DNA from: Octopus vulgaris
Taxonomy: Eukaryota
Assembly: GCA_951406725.2 (NCBI GenBank)
Contig: OX597838.1
Coordinates: 36,766,001-36,830,000, forward strand
Length of the DNA stretch: 64,000 bases
Direction: 5' to 3'
The number at the start of each line of letters is the position of its first letter. Positions within the stretch are counted from its first letter, which is position 1. Shown here piece by piece: positions 13,120 through 26,995 of this stretch. The position numbers and the translations under genes are program-made. The notes under the pieces were generated by a model. That model did no database searches. It was not told the DNA's origin and saw only the letters and a list, made by a program, of their open reading frames with translations.

Positions 13120-13500
13120 GTATGTATGTGTATATATGTATGTATATATATATATGTATGTATGTATGTGTATATATGTATGTATATATATATGTATGTA
13201 TGTATGTGTATATATGTATGTATATATGTATGTTTGTATACATGTATGTATATATATATATGTGTATATATATACATACCTTCATGCATGTATGTGTATG
13301 TATATATTTATATATACGTATATGTGTGTTTGTATATATGTATCTATGTATATATTTATATATATCACAACTATATATATGTAAATATATATTTTACACA
13401 CACACACACATGTATATATATATATATATATATATATTTTTTTAAGTGGGTATATTTATATATTGCTTTTGTGTGTACACACACACACACACACACTCAC
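12963..13500. repeat. (TA)n/(TATG)n/(CA)n compound microsatellite
   Basis: Directly visible. Confidence 0.95.
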
Positions 13501-13603
13501 ATACAGTTCATCTGTATCTTAAATTGATTGTCCTTTAAGAATGCCCTCCCAATTCACACACACACACAAACACACAGACATCAACAGAATAAGAAACAGA
13601 GAG

Positions 13604-13637
<34 letters not shown>

Positions 13638-14745
13638 GCACACACATACTTACACACGGATACACACGCATGCACACACTCTTTCTCTCTCTCTCTCACA
13701 CACACATGCACACACATACACACACTCGCACACAGACTCTCCAACATATATAATCAATTGCTTATATCCATTTCTATATTGATGAGGATAACTTGAAGAA
13801 TCTTCAAGATTTCGAAAAATTGGTGGTGCCAAGGTGGATTGGTGGGGAGAGAGTCGGATCAGGGTGGGTGGGTGGTGGTGCTGGTTGTGGTGGTGCTGAT
13901 GCTTGTCGGTGATGGTGGTGGAGTAGGAAGAGGAGGAGGGCTGAGATTTTGGTATTTATTGATTTATGCATTTTTAACAAAAAAAATATTTGCTGAAGTT
14001 GTCGTAGAATTACTTATCACTTGTACTTTGTGTGTGTGTGTGTGCGTGCGTGTGTATGTGAGTATGTGTGAGTATGTGTGTGTGTGCTTGGGAGGTTTGG
14101 GAATATGTATAATAAGAATACAATAAGTGGTGGTGATGGTGGTGATGGTGGTGGAGGTAGTGATAGGAATGGTGGTGGTAGCGGTAGGAATGGTAAGAGT
14201 GGTAGGAATTGTGGTGGTGGTGGGGGGATGTGAGTGGTGTGGGTAGTGTTGGTGGTGTGGTGAATTTGATAAGTGCGACACAGGGATCAGAATGGTGGCA
14301 ATGGTGGTGGTGGTGGAAACTGTTGGTTGTCTCTCTCTTGTCAAAGAAAATGAGCAGAAACAAAAGAGATCCCTGATACACTAGAAAACCAAATATTTAT
14401 GCGTGTGAGTGTGTATATATATATGTATATATATATATCTATATATATACACACTCTATCTAGCAATAGTCCATGTGAAAGTCTCAGGTTTTGAAACTCA
14501 ACTCAATAAAATCAATCATCTCTATGACAGAAGGCTGTAATAGTTCCTTTGTTGTTTTCACTGTCCTTGTTTTGTTTTTGCTTACAATGCATGCACACAC
14601 ACAGACACACACAGACACACACACACACACACACATACACATTACATATTGCAATAACTTGAACAAATATTCAAACCCTTAGAAAACACATGTATTTCGT
14701 CTTGAGATTTATAGAATGGCTTTTATTTTCCTCTACCAGTTCTTC

Positions 14746-14780
<35 letters not shown>

Positions 14781-14911
14781 ATTTATAGATAGATGCCTTA
14801 TGTTCGTATTTGAATATCTATATATGTACATAAATACATATGTATATTTATATTTGCATATATATATATATATATACATATATTTATATATACACATATA
14901 TACACACACAC

Positions 14912-14944
<33 letters not shown>

Positions 14945-15015
14945 TATGTTTGTGTATATTTATATGTATATATGTTTGCATATAGATATACATGTATATA
15001 AATATATACATACAT

Positions 15016-15054
<39 letters not shown>

Positions 15055-15099
15055 CATACAGGCAAATGCACATGCATCCAAATTCATACCATACATACA

Positions 15100-15166
<67 letters not shown>

Positions 15167-15596
15167 TATAATAGTGCATATGTATATAAGAGAAGAGCAT
15201 TTCAGCGCTTCTTATAAACATGTTATATTAAAAACAAGACTTTATCCAAATTTATTTATATTTCTTTTATCGAAGTTTCGTATTTTCATATATTTCCTCT
15301 GAGTTCATTTCTATTTGTTTGGGACAGTAATATTCACAAAATCCATCATCCATCTTTCTGAAATCTTCCGAGTCTCATCTTCTGTATGAAGTGATATTAC
15401 TGCCTTTTGTTGTTGTTATTGTTGTTGTTGTTGTTGCAGTTGCCGTTGCCCTAGTGTAAACTGAGCCATTGTGATTGGTGTAGACATTCCGACTGCTTCA
15501 GCTCGGATTTTGTTGCCTAGTTGTTCATACATTGTTAGTTATCATCATCATCATCAGCATCTTCATTTTCATTATCATCATCCTTGTCATAAACAG

Positions 15597-15631
<35 letters not shown>

Positions 15632-15685
15632 ACAGCAGCAGCAGGAGCAGAATTTTGTTTTTTTGATGTCTGTTTTTCCATGGCT

Positions 15686-15930
15686 CTCTTTACTCTTTTA
15701 CTCTTTTTACTTGTTTCAGTCATTTGACTGCGGCCATGCTGGAGCACCGCCTTTTTTTAGTCGAGCAACTCGACCCCGGGACTTATTCATTTTTTGTAAG
15801 CCCAGTACTTATTCTATCGGTTTCTTTTTGCCGAACCGCAAAAAAGTTACGGGGGACGTAAACACACCAGCATCGGTTGTCAAGCAATGCTAGGGGAACA
15901 AACACAGACACACAAACAAACACACATACA
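15686..15930 (-). mobile_element. SINE family A, 3' half
   Basis: TTACTTGTTTCAGTCATTTGACTGCGGCC tail in reverse. Confidence 0.85.
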
Positions 15931-16170
15931 CGCTTGGATCTGAAGCAGATTTTCTACCACCAGATGTCCTTCCTGTCAGCAACCCCCTCGTTTTTTTTTC
16001 CCAAGTAAGCTAATATTCCCCTGTGAACAAACTTGTTTCCAAGGAAGACGAGCAACAAAAACGGACACTCATTTACAAACACAACACAATGTCAAGGCAA
16101 GGATACCCTCACACATACACAAACAAGCATATACACACACACATACATAACAAGCTTCTTTCAGTTTCCT

Positions 16171-16573
16171 TACTCTCTTTACTTGTTTGAGTGTTTTTGA
16201 CTGCGGCCATGCTGGAGCACCGCCTTTAATCGAGCAACTCGACCCCAGGACTTATTCTTTGTAAGCCCAGTACTTATTTTATCGGTCTCTTTTGCCGAAC
16301 CGTTAAGTGACGGGGACATAAACACACCAGCATCGGTTGTCAAGCGATGTTGGGGGGACAAACACAGACATACAAACATACACGCACACACACATACACA
16401 TACATATATACGATGGGCTTCTTTCAGTTTCCGCCTACCAAATCTACTCACAAGGCTTTCGTCGGCCCGAGGCTATAATAGAAGACAGTTGCCCAAGGTG
16501 CCACGTAGTGGGACTGAACCAGGAACCATGTGGTTGGGAAGCAAGCTACTTACCACACAGCCACTCCTGTGCC
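16171..16573 (-). mobile_element. SINE family A, full length
   Basis: Reverse complement of the family A sequence. Confidence 0.9.
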
Positions 16574-16714
16574 TTCTGAATCCATTCAAGATTTTGATCA
16601 GCCTTGACCTATAATAGAGAAACACTTGTCCTAGGTGCCATGCTGTGGAACTGAACCAAAAACCATGGATTTGCAATGCAAGCTTCTTTTTGCTACACAG
16701 CCATGCCAGGTCTC

Positions 16715-17110
16715 AGACATCCTTTATTCTCTAGAAAAACGCAGACGCCGTGGTGATTTCATTCATGCTCACAACATCATAAGCAGAAAGTGTAACATCA
16801 CGAAAGAGCTGTTCTTCACTCCTGCTCCAGATCGTCAGCTGCGGGGTCACTCCGAAAAGCTCTATCTGCGACGATTTCATCTCAATCGAAGGAGAGGGGC
16901 TTTCTCCGTCCGGGTTGCGGATCCGTGTGGAATAAGCTGCTGAACGAGATAGTGAAGATGCTGACGACTGCTCGGTTCAAAGCCTCCCTCGACCACAAAT
17001 GGCCTGAACTCTTTACATGAACACCACCCTATACATAACTCCATGCCCCCCTACATGGCCTTGCTTTTTGCTTTTTGAGCCAAAAAATTAACTAACTAAC
17101 TAACTAACTA
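16715..17110 (+). mobile_element. CR1-clade LINE 3' end with (TAAC)n tail
   Basis: LYSLEKRRRRGD...LRGHSEKL...RRGAFSVRVADP(W)NKL...FKASLD, the classic CR1 ORF2 C-terminus; one frameshift. Confidence 0.88.
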
Positions 17111-17389
17111 TCCAAGGCAGTGTAACTTGATCCTAAACCAGAAGAGATAGAGATTGAAAGGAAGCATCTTAACCATACAGCCATTCTGTATGGTATCTTC
17201 TGTTAATACTTTATTTATTGACTCTGAAAGAACAAAAGACAAAGTTTACCTGGGTGGGATTTGAACTCTCTTCGGAGTTGCTTACTGCTGATTATTGTTT
17301 CATGAACAAATCTATGTGGGCAACCCAATGTGGTCATCTTGACCTTTCAGAAGCAGCAGCTGAATCTTCTCAAATCATGTCTACCAACC

Positions 17390-17755
<366 letters not shown>

Positions 17756-18271
17756 GCTGTCACTGAATCTATCTATCCATCAATCTCGCTAACAATATAC
17801 CTCCCCCTCTCTCTCTCCCTCTCTCTTCCCCCTCTCATTCTTTCTGTCCCCACCCCCACCACCTCTCCATCTCCTTCTTTATTTCACTTCCTCATCTAAC
17901 ATTTCCTTTTCCCCAGTTATATCTTGTCTTATTGTCTCATTCACCTGTTTCATTTCTTTTTCTTTTCTCTTCTCTTTTGTTTTTTTTTTTACTGGTCTGT
18001 CTGTGTGTCACACTCAGCAAGAAAGAAAGAAAAAAAAACAACACAAAAAAAACACCAAAAAAGCAACACAGAAACTAGTTGTTTTCGTATTTATTTATTT
18101 AATTATTGTATTCCTTCTGTTCATTTTGCTTCCATTTGTATTTCGGTTAATGCAAAGATCCTTTGGGTGTCTTCCAGAGGAAATAATCATAATTCCACCC
18201 TTACAACTCAAGTTCTTCACAGATCTTTTTTTTTCTTTCACTTAATGATTTTTTGTTCTCTTTTCCTCAAT

Positions 18272-18303
<32 letters not shown>

Positions 18304-19030
18304 TAATTTATTTTTGTTGTTGTTGTTGTTGCTGATTACAATTTTATATTCGATGGTTGTTTTTCTATTACAACAACAACAGCAACAACAAAATTAATGA
18401 AATACAGAATTTCTATTAACAGATCAGAAAAGATGACTAAAGAAATGTAAACATCATTCATACATACATACATATACATACATACATATATACATACAGA
18501 CACACACAGATATGTACATCATCATCATCATCATCGTCATCTTCATCATCGTTTAATGTCTATTTGCTGTACTGGCATGGTTCGGAGGTTTCACAGGATC
18601 AGGTTAGCCTCAGGGTTGCTTTGTGCTCCCTGTTCAGCTTTGGCATGAAATCTATGGCTAGATGCCCTTCCTTGCTTTAATTTTTGTGTGCCACAGCATC
18701 ATCATCATCATCAGCAGCAGCAGCAGTGACAGCATTTCACATCTGTTATCCCTGCAGCCACAGGACGGATGACTCGACAGGAGCTGGCAAGGCCAGGGGT
18801 CACAAAAGGTTCTGTTGTCTATCTTGGCTTAATGTCTGCAGATGGATGCTCTTCTCGTCTTTGAAGACTCATATTGTCGTTCAATGCTCGAAATGAGGAG
18901 TAGATAGACAGTCGACAACTGATGAAGGGTCATTCTTTAAATTACTTGTCCTCTTTTCCATTTGTTTCTCTCATTGTTTGCATATTGAACTCATTTGTTT
19001 TCATATTTCATGTTGTTTACTGTTGGTAAA

Positions 19031-19061
<31 letters not shown>

Positions 19062-19088
19062 GCATATATATATATATATATTATTATA

Positions 19089-19466
19089 GGCGCAGGAGTG
19101 GTTGTGTGGTAAGTAGCTTGCTTACCAACCATGTGGTTTTGGGTTCAGTCCCACTGCGTGGCATCTTGGGCAAGTGTCTTCTATTATAGCCTCGGGCCGT
19201 TGTGAGTGGATTTGGTTGACGGAAACTGAAAGAAGCCTGTCATATATATGTGTATATATATGTGTGTGTTTGTCCCCCTAGCATTGCTTGACAACTGATG
19301 CTGGTGTGTTTATGTCCCCGTCACTTAGCGGTTTGGCAAAAGAGACCGATAGAATAAGTACTGGGCTTACAAAAGAATAAGTCCCGCGGTTGAGTTGCTT
19401 GACTAAAGGCGGTGCTCCAGCATGGCCACAGTCAAATGACTGAAACAAGTAAAAGAGTAAAAGAGT
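19089..19466 (+). mobile_element. SINE family A
   Basis: Head and tail match the family. Confidence 0.9.
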
Positions 19467-19575
19467 TATTATTTGATTGAATGCCTTGCATCCATTTCCA
19501 AGTAAGTTTATATAAGTTAATATATTTGTTGTGCAAGATTTTTTATAAACACACATACACATGATGATGCTATAG

Positions 19576-19633
<58 letters not shown>

Positions 19634-20021
19634 ATAAGGACAAGATCACTAATTTAAATTAAATAATGATCTTACCAAGTGGCCAGCATGGAAATAAAAA
19701 CCTTCAAAGGTAATAATTATTATTAAAATTATAATTTAAGGTATCTAAGAGATACTGCCATGCTGGAAATAGCAGCCAAGATCTGACTCTAAAACCACAT
19801 TTAATGCCCATACAGCACAAGGAGAGAAGACAATAAGACGAAATTAAACAAGTAAAATTACTTGATAATTCCATATATATAGGGAGATGTACTTGCATAG
19901 CGAGTGACTTGATCTGAGATCGTGTGCTGAAACGAAAACAATTGCAGCGTGGAAGGTGTTTGTAAGCCATTTAAGAAACACACAAAAGCCGTTCGATTCA
20001 CTTCAACATTTAAGTTTAATT

Positions 20022-20068
20022 TGTCAAAATATTTTCGTCGCTTTAAGACCGCGACCTGTTCACTGACA
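20022..20068 (-). ncRNA. Minimal hammerhead with G3-C8 swapped core
   Basis: TGTCA-GTGAACA-G-GTCGC-loop-GCGAC-GAA-AATATT-T-TGACA. Confidence 0.7.
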
Positions 20069-20083
20069 GGCAGCATGGATTTT

Positions 20084-20130
20084 TGTCAGTGAACAGGTCG
20101 TGGTCTTAAAGCGACGAAAATATTTTGACA
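20084..20130 (+). ncRNA. Minimal hammerhead with G3-C8 swapped core (second arm)
   Basis: Same motif; stem II GTCGT/GCGAC with a wobble pair. Confidence 0.7.
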
Positions 20131-20216
20131 AATTAAACTTAAATTTTGAAGTGAATCAAACGGCTTTTGTGTGTTTCTTAAATGGCTTACAAACACCTTC
20201 CACGCTGCAATTGTTT

Positions 20217-20253
<37 letters not shown>

Positions 20254-20261
20254 GGTAGATA

Positions 20262-20530
20262 GTAGTTGTGATACCTGTGCTGGTGGCATGTAAAAAGCAC
20301 CGTCCGAACGTGGCAGATGCCAGCGCCACCTTGACTGGCTTCTGTGCCGGTGGCACGTAAAAAGCACCAACCGATCGTGGCTGCTGCCAGCCTCCCCTGG
20401 CATGTAAAAAGCACCCACTACACTCACGGAGTGGTTGGCGTTAGGAAGGGCATCCAGCTGTAGAAACACTGCCAGATCAGACTGGAGCCTGGTGCAACCT
20501 CCTGGCTTCCCAGACCCCGGTCGAACCGTC
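20262..20530 (+). mobile_element. SINE family D
   Basis: Internal GGCACGTAAAAAGCACC repeats and GGAAGGGCATCCAGCTGTAG. Confidence 0.8.
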
Positions 20531-21542
20531 TACAGCAATTGCCAAGCTGTTAATGTTGCTAGTCTACCATTATTGCCAATCTGTTACAACCATCAATCCA
20601 CAACCACTGCCAGGCTATCAAAGGTGTCAGGGCACTGAAATTGCCTGATCATCAGAATAGCCAATCTACCCTCATTGCCAATCTTTCTCAGTTGCTAATC
20701 CACCAATGTTGTCAATTTGCTATGAAGGGGCAATCAACCTCTGTTATCAATGATAATGATAAATACTGATACTGATGATGATGATGATGATGATGATGTC
20801 AACACATGATGATGATGATGATGATGTCGACACAGGATGATGATGGTCATAATGTCAACACATGTCAATGATGATGATAATGATAAAGGTGATGATGGTG
20901 ATGGTGGAAAAGATGGCTATGACGATGCTGGTGATGATGATAGTGATGACATTGATGATGATGATAATCATAATGAGGATGATGATGATGGTGTTGGTGA
21001 TGATTATGATGTCGATGATGACGACGACGACGATGATGATGACAATGATGGTGATGATGATGATGATGATGACAGTTGTGACAGAAGAGAGCTGGCTGTT
21101 ACATTGATGATGATTAAGCTAATGACGTAATTAAACAACCAATCCTTTGTTAGATGAAGAATACTTCCATCCGGAACAGAGGCATTAATGCTAACAACAG
21201 CAGCAGCAGCAACAACAACAACAACAACAACAAAAACCAACAACTACAACTGACACAAGAAAATTATACGAAAGAAATGGCAAAAAATATAATTAATAAG
21301 GTAAAAAAAAAAGAAACTAAAACAGCAACAAAAAAGCATAAAGAAGAAAAGAAAGACAAAATTTTCAAAAAAATTCCTCTTCAAAACAAAAACTATTCTT
21401 AAATGTAACGGAATTGCAGAAAATGGTAAAAAGAGGGAAAAATAAAGAAGGAAAGAAAGAAGGGAAAAAAAACTTTTCCATATTGTGTTTGACAGCTTCT
21501 ATAAAAGAAATAGTGATAACATCTATATGTAGGAAATATCGT

Positions 21543-22200
21543 TAATAATAATAATAATAATAATAATAATGATGACGATGATGATGATGATGCTGACGAT
21601 GATGATTATGATGATTGTGTAAAGAATAATGATGATAATGTTGGTAAGGGTAATAATGGTGGTGATAATAACAGTGATGATGATGATGATAATAATCATA
21701 ATAATAATAATAATAACGATAATAATAATAATAATAATAATAAAAATAATGAAAATTATAATAACAACAATGATAATGATAATAATAATAATTATTATAA
21801 TAATAATAATAACAGTGATGATGATGATGATAATAATAATAATGATAATAATGATAATAATGATAATAATAATAATAAATTATGAAAATTATAACAACAA
21901 TGATAATGATAATAATAATAATTATAATAATAATAATAATAACAGTGATGATGATGATGATAATAATCATAATAATAATAATGATAATAATGATAATAAT
22001 AATAATAAATTATGAAAATTATAATAACAACAATGATAATGATAATAGTAATTATTATAATAATGATGATTATGATAAAGGATGAAAATGACATCAATAA
22101 TATGTATTAATGATAATAATAGAGGTAATAATAAGGATGTTAATAAGAAAAATGATGACAATGATGATGATGGTAGTAGTAGTAGCAGCAGTAATGCTAG
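21543..22200. repeat. (TAA/TGA)n tract with a higher-order unit of about 130-140 bp repeated about 3 times
   Basis: AACAGTGATG and ATGAAAATTATA landmarks recur three times. Confidence 0.85.
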
Positions 22201-22671
22201 TGATAATAAATAATAAAAGACTTAAAGGGAGAGAACAAGAGGGAGAACAGCGATGCAGTCAAGGCGCTAGTGATATGCAATGCAGGTGATGTGCATGTAT
22301 GTATGCGTGTGTGCATGTGTGTGGTTTTGTGTGTGTGTGGTGCATGTTGCACTGGGTGATGGCACTAGTATAAAAACCAAAAAAAAAAAGTAAAAAAAAG
22401 ATCCTATCTTCCACTTATTAGAACCGGTAATTAACTAATAAATTAACAGAGTAAAGGATTAAAATAAAAATAAATAAATAGTATTTATTTTAAAAAATGG
22501 TAATTACATTAGGAAAGAAAAAAACAGAAAAGCTATATACAAAACAAAGAAAATATCATTGTTTTATTTGATTTCTATGTTTTTGTTTTTTGTATTATTT
22601 TTATGGTGTATTAGTCTTTCATTTATGATTTCATAAAAAAGAAGGCTGCCAGCTGGCAGAATTGCTAGCAA

Positions 22672-23245
22672 GAGTGGCTGTGTGGTAAGTAACTTGCTTA
22701 CCAGCCACATGGATCTGGGTTCAGTCCCACTGCGTGGCATCTTGGGCAAGTGTCTTCTACTATAGCCTCGGGCCGACCAAAGCCTTGTGAGTGGATTTGG
22801 TAGATGGAAACTGAAAGAAGCCCATCATCATCATCATCATCGTTTAACGTCCGCTTTCCATGCTAGCATGGGTTGGACGGTTCAACTGGGGTCTGGGAAG
22901 CCAGAAGGCTGCACCAGGCCCAGTCTGATCTGGCAGTGTTTCTACAGCTGGATGCCCTTCCTAACGCCAAATGTATATATATATAAATATATGAATGTGT
23001 GTGTGTGTGTGTTTGTGTGTTTGTGTTTGTGTGTCTTTGTTTGTCCCCCAACATCGCTTGGCCCCCGATGCTGGTGTGTTTACGTCCCCATAACTTAGCG
23101 GTTCGGCAAAAAGCGACCGATAGAATAAGTACTGGGCTTACAAAAGAATAAGTCCTGCGGTCGATTTGCTCGACTAAAGGCGGTGCTCCAGCATGGCCGC
23201 AGTCAAATGACTGAAACAAGTAAAAGAGTAAAAGAGCAAAAGAGT
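22672..23245 (+). mobile_element. SINE family A interrupted by an antisense family D fragment (22823-22970)
   Basis: Family A sequence stops after GAAAGAAGCCC and resumes after the D fragment. Confidence 0.85.
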
Positions 23246-23619
23246 ATATGAAACCAGCCAAATCCCCTCGCATGCAGTGGGATTGAACCCAAAATCATGT
23301 GGCTTGGCAACAAACATTTTATTCACACAACCACACTTGGACCTATGTATGTATGTATGTCCGTCCATCTGTCTGTCCATCCGTCTGTCCATTCCTGGTA
23401 ACTACAGACATGTTTTTCTCAGACTATTTTTTTCCTTCTCTCTGAACCTTTCCCCTTTCTGATGAAGAGCCATCCTCAAAACGTCTCACAATCTCTCTTT
23501 TCCCCATCTTAAACTTTCTCTGAGAATCAGTCTAATACATTCACCATGCGCATCTTTTTAGCTTTTGTTGTTTTGTCATTTGTCATTTTTGATTTTTGAT
23601 TTGTCCACACACACACACA

Positions 23620-23943
23620 TCATCATCATCATTGTTCGACCGTGGTCGAGACAATGGAATTTACCATGCTACGCCAGACTTCATGATCCATCATGGCATT
23701 ACGGAGGTCCTGTTGCTGGATGCCTGTATCCCTGGAGATTACATCAGGGTAGGTGAGTGTGCGCCCTCTGGCATTGCGAGTAGATGGCTTCCAGAGGAGA
23801 AGAGTAGAAATTACCTCTTTTCAGCTCTACAACAATGTCCAGCAAACTGGACTCTCCTACCTTTCACAAGAGATGACACAGGTGGTAGTTTCCCATATAT
23901 TTGCATTTTGGTTGGGTGGCAGTTCCACGAGAGATTTTGAGCT
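23620..23943 (-). mobile_element. RTE/RTE-X LINE 3' end
   Basis: Near-identical to 9084-9405. Confidence 0.85.
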
Positions 23944-24234
23944 CACACACACACACACATAATAATAGGAATAAAAGGCATTAAAATATCCAGGGAGATA
24001 TCAATAAAGCACTCATATCTGAATGAATTTGGTTCTCTATATCCAATGATCAGACACCAATAGATGCAAGCAGAAAACACATCCAAAGTAATTCCTCATG
24101 TATGGCTAGTCAATCCAAATATCATTAAGAAGAATTTTGAGAAATTCAGATGACAAAAATACGGATGCAAAAAATCACATCTTTAATTATAGAATCCATT
24201 TTACAATACCAACAATTGTTTTGTTGAAGTAACG

Positions 24235-24587
24235 AGTTCAGTCCCACTGTGTGGCATCTTGGGCAAGTGTCTTTTGCTATAGCCTCGGGCCGACCAATGC
24301 CTTGTGAGTGGATTTGGTAGATGGAAACTGAAAGAAGCCTGTCGTGTATATGTATATATGTATGTGTGTATGTTAGTGTGTCTGTGTTTGTCCTCCTAGC
24401 ATTACTTGACAACCGATGCTGGTGTGTTTACGTCCCCGTAACTTAGTAGTTCGGCAAAAGAGAGCCCGATAGAATAAGTACTGGGCTTACAAAGAATAAG
24501 TCCCGGGGTCGATTTGCTCGACTAAAGGCGGTGCTCCAGCATGGCTGCAGTCAAATGACTGAAACAATTAAAAGAGTAAAAGAGTAA
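24235..24587 (+). mobile_element. SINE family A, 5'-truncated
   Basis: Starts at the B box GTTCAGTCCC. Confidence 0.9.
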
Positions 24588-24949
24588 CATGTTTAAATAT
24601 AGAAAATATCATTGGAATAAATAATTCCAAAAATACATGTTAACACAACATTTTGAAGGCAAACCAAAATTAGTTAAATTCAAAAGTGAACCAATGAAAT
24701 ATTTTCAGTACATGAAAGCATACAAAAAAGAACACTAAAAAGAAATATAATCTAAGGAAAGCTGCTTTTGCATTCAACTATTGGTGACATCAGCGAATAA
24801 TGAAAAAATATATAAATAGACATAAGTATTCTGCGTTATGGCAATTAGAAACATAAAGATTTTGCATCATCATGATTAGCTATCTATTTATCAAATATAT
24901 TAAACATTCTTAGTAAAATTATGCTTATTATATAGCATGTGGAAAACAA

Positions 24950-25805
24950 TTATACTTAATTAAAATATTGAAAAGCCTTCTGAAATTTGTGGCAACATTT
25001 CAATGTATAATTCCCATTAAAGTTTAATAAAATTAATTTAGAAGTAATTGTATAATACATTTCTTTAAGGCAAAGACCACATGTGGAATTGCCAATATTG
25101 TACGATGGTGTGTAACTAGTAATGAGCTACTTTAAATCTTACTTAATGTTCCTATCTTTTAAATCCCAAATGTGTTTACTAGGGTCTGTAGAATTAATGT
25201 TTCTTCTATAGACAATTTTCCTTTTACAATTACAAAAGCATTTATTCACTTGCATTTGGTACCCATGGTTAAAAGAATTCCTACTAGTCCTCTTCTCAGA
25301 ATTAGGTGCTACAGCAGGAATATTGTTATTATTATTATCATTATTATTGATATTAAAACTGGGTGTTTACTTAACTGTATTATCAGTGAGAATCACTTAG
25401 AGAATCAAAATCTAATTTAAGAAAATTATCATTAGAGTTAATTTCCCAATGCCTATTATTGGTTTTACTCTTGAGTGTAGATTTTGAGTTGAGATATTTA
25501 TTCCCTAATTCTTTGTTTGTGTGTGATGCTATAATGTCAGCTAAATTTCTAGTGGTGGAATATGAAAACTTTATTCTATGGTGATTAAATAATTTCCCAT
25601 ATTTACTTGAAAGTGGGGGAAATACCTATCTAGCACAGCAAAGAATTTTGACAAATATTGGTAGTTATTGAATATGTAAATGGTGTATTATACCACATAA
25701 TATTTGTTGATTTATTATTTCTGTTATTCATATCAACACTATTCTTAGTATTAACATTATGAATGTTGGATTTTTTCTTGTAATTTTTAGTCTTAAGTTT
25801 ATAAA

Positions 25806-25862
<57 letters not shown>

Positions 25863-25925
25863 CATTAATGCTTATACTGATCATACACTTAGTTAGATCT
25901 ATACATTTTAATAATATGTTCATCT
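24950..25925 (-). pseudogene. Decayed Penelope-like element ORF (linker and C-terminal GIY-YIG region)
   Basis: Manual translation gives IMWYNTPFTYSITTNI, CNCKRK, NSTDPSKHIWDLKDRNI and CGLCLKE, resembling the PLE IIWFNPP..N, CxC, ST.LSKHIW and CxLC.xE motifs; many stop codons. Confidence 0.65.
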
Positions 25926-26538
25926 TTAAATATTAGTTCTTTACCAATCACATTTCTATGGTTATTGTTCTTGTTTTTATTTAGCTTAATATAACATGCA
26001 TATTTTCATTCTAAATTTGGCAGTTTGCATAAATGGAAAAGAAAAAATATTCCATCCAAAATAAAAGTATATTAAAACATTGAGAAATAGCAAATAGACA
26101 ATGACTGAGAAGTAACAGTTTGCTCCAAGAAGCTGCACTCATCTTCCACCATGGCCTCCACACAATTCTAGAACCTGGCGCATGGGCTCTTCACTGTTTC
26201 TGAGAAGATCTTCGAACACCTTGATCTTGGCCACCAGCTGGATCTTGATATTGCTTAGGATCTTATGCTTATGAGCTGACATGATTAAATAAACATTACA
26301 CTTGGCTGAATAATCTGAATGCTAAAGTGTTAAATGTCTACATGGAATCAGATAGCACATACCTGCTGTGACTTGCTGAAGAATGGAGCATGGCCAATCA
26401 TATCTATGAAATGGCTTTCATTCTTTGAATGTTCAAAGCTCATACTATAGCACAAATAATGCATCCTTTATACTTTAGGCCAAGGAAGTGGTCAAGAGTT
26501 ATGTGTGCACACGCACACACACACTATATATATATCTA

Positions 26539-26718
26539 TGGCACTCCGTCGATTACGAGAACGAGGGTTCCAGTTGATCTAATCAATGGAACAGCCTGCT
26601 CGTGAAATTAATGTGCAAGTGGTTGAGCACTCCACAGACACATGTACCCTTAACGTAGATCTCAGGGAGATTCAGCATGACACAGAGTGTGACAAGGCTG
26701 GCCCTTTCAAATGCAAGT

Positions 26719-26720
<2 letters not shown>
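26539..26720. mobile_element. SINE-like repeat (family F)
   Basis: GAGCACTCCACAGACA..GATTCAGCATGACACAGAGTGTGACAAGG shared with 4820-4915. Confidence 0.6.
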
Positions 26721-26747
<27 letters not shown>

Positions 26748-26749
<2 letters not shown>

Positions 26750-26995
26750 TAAAATATTAGGGAATAAATCCAAACTCACAGGGAAAAATTAGATTTAGGA
26801 TTGAATCTAATTTTATAGTAAAATATTATATTATATTAAATTAGAGATAAAACCACTATTAGGCAAATCATACAATGAAAAACTTAAGCCAATACATAAG
26901 ATTAATTAATTTATGTTATTTAAAATATATATCAAAATTATTAAAAAGATAATGAGTATAACACTACAATCGTTTCATGGCTGTATACAGGCACA
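26748..26995. mobile_element. Penelope-like non-autonomous fragment (family of 32679-32990)
   Basis: Shares TTAAATTAGAGA.AAAACCACTATTAGGCAAATC and a truncated GAAACGATTGTAGTG hammerhead half. Confidence 0.6.

Larger units (their letters stand above)
19936..20216. repeat. 133-bp inverted repeat with 15-nt spacer (Penelope-like inverted pLTR)
   Basis: 19936-20068 is the reverse complement of 20084-20216 with only a few mismatches. Confidence 0.92.

Noticed and set aside
13772-13860. Protein-looking frame FYIDEDNLKNLQDFEKLVVPR
   Set aside because: Upstream in-frame stop, no splice acceptor and no recognisable homology.
23455-23490. CTGATGAAGAGC..CTCAAAACGTC hammerhead remnant
   Set aside because: G12 is lost, and stems I and II are broken. 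Probably a dead relative of the 10966 family, so it is not listed as a feature.
23960-24900. Possible second decayed Penelope ORF on the + strand
   Set aside because: Too degenerate; no diagnostic motif could be read.
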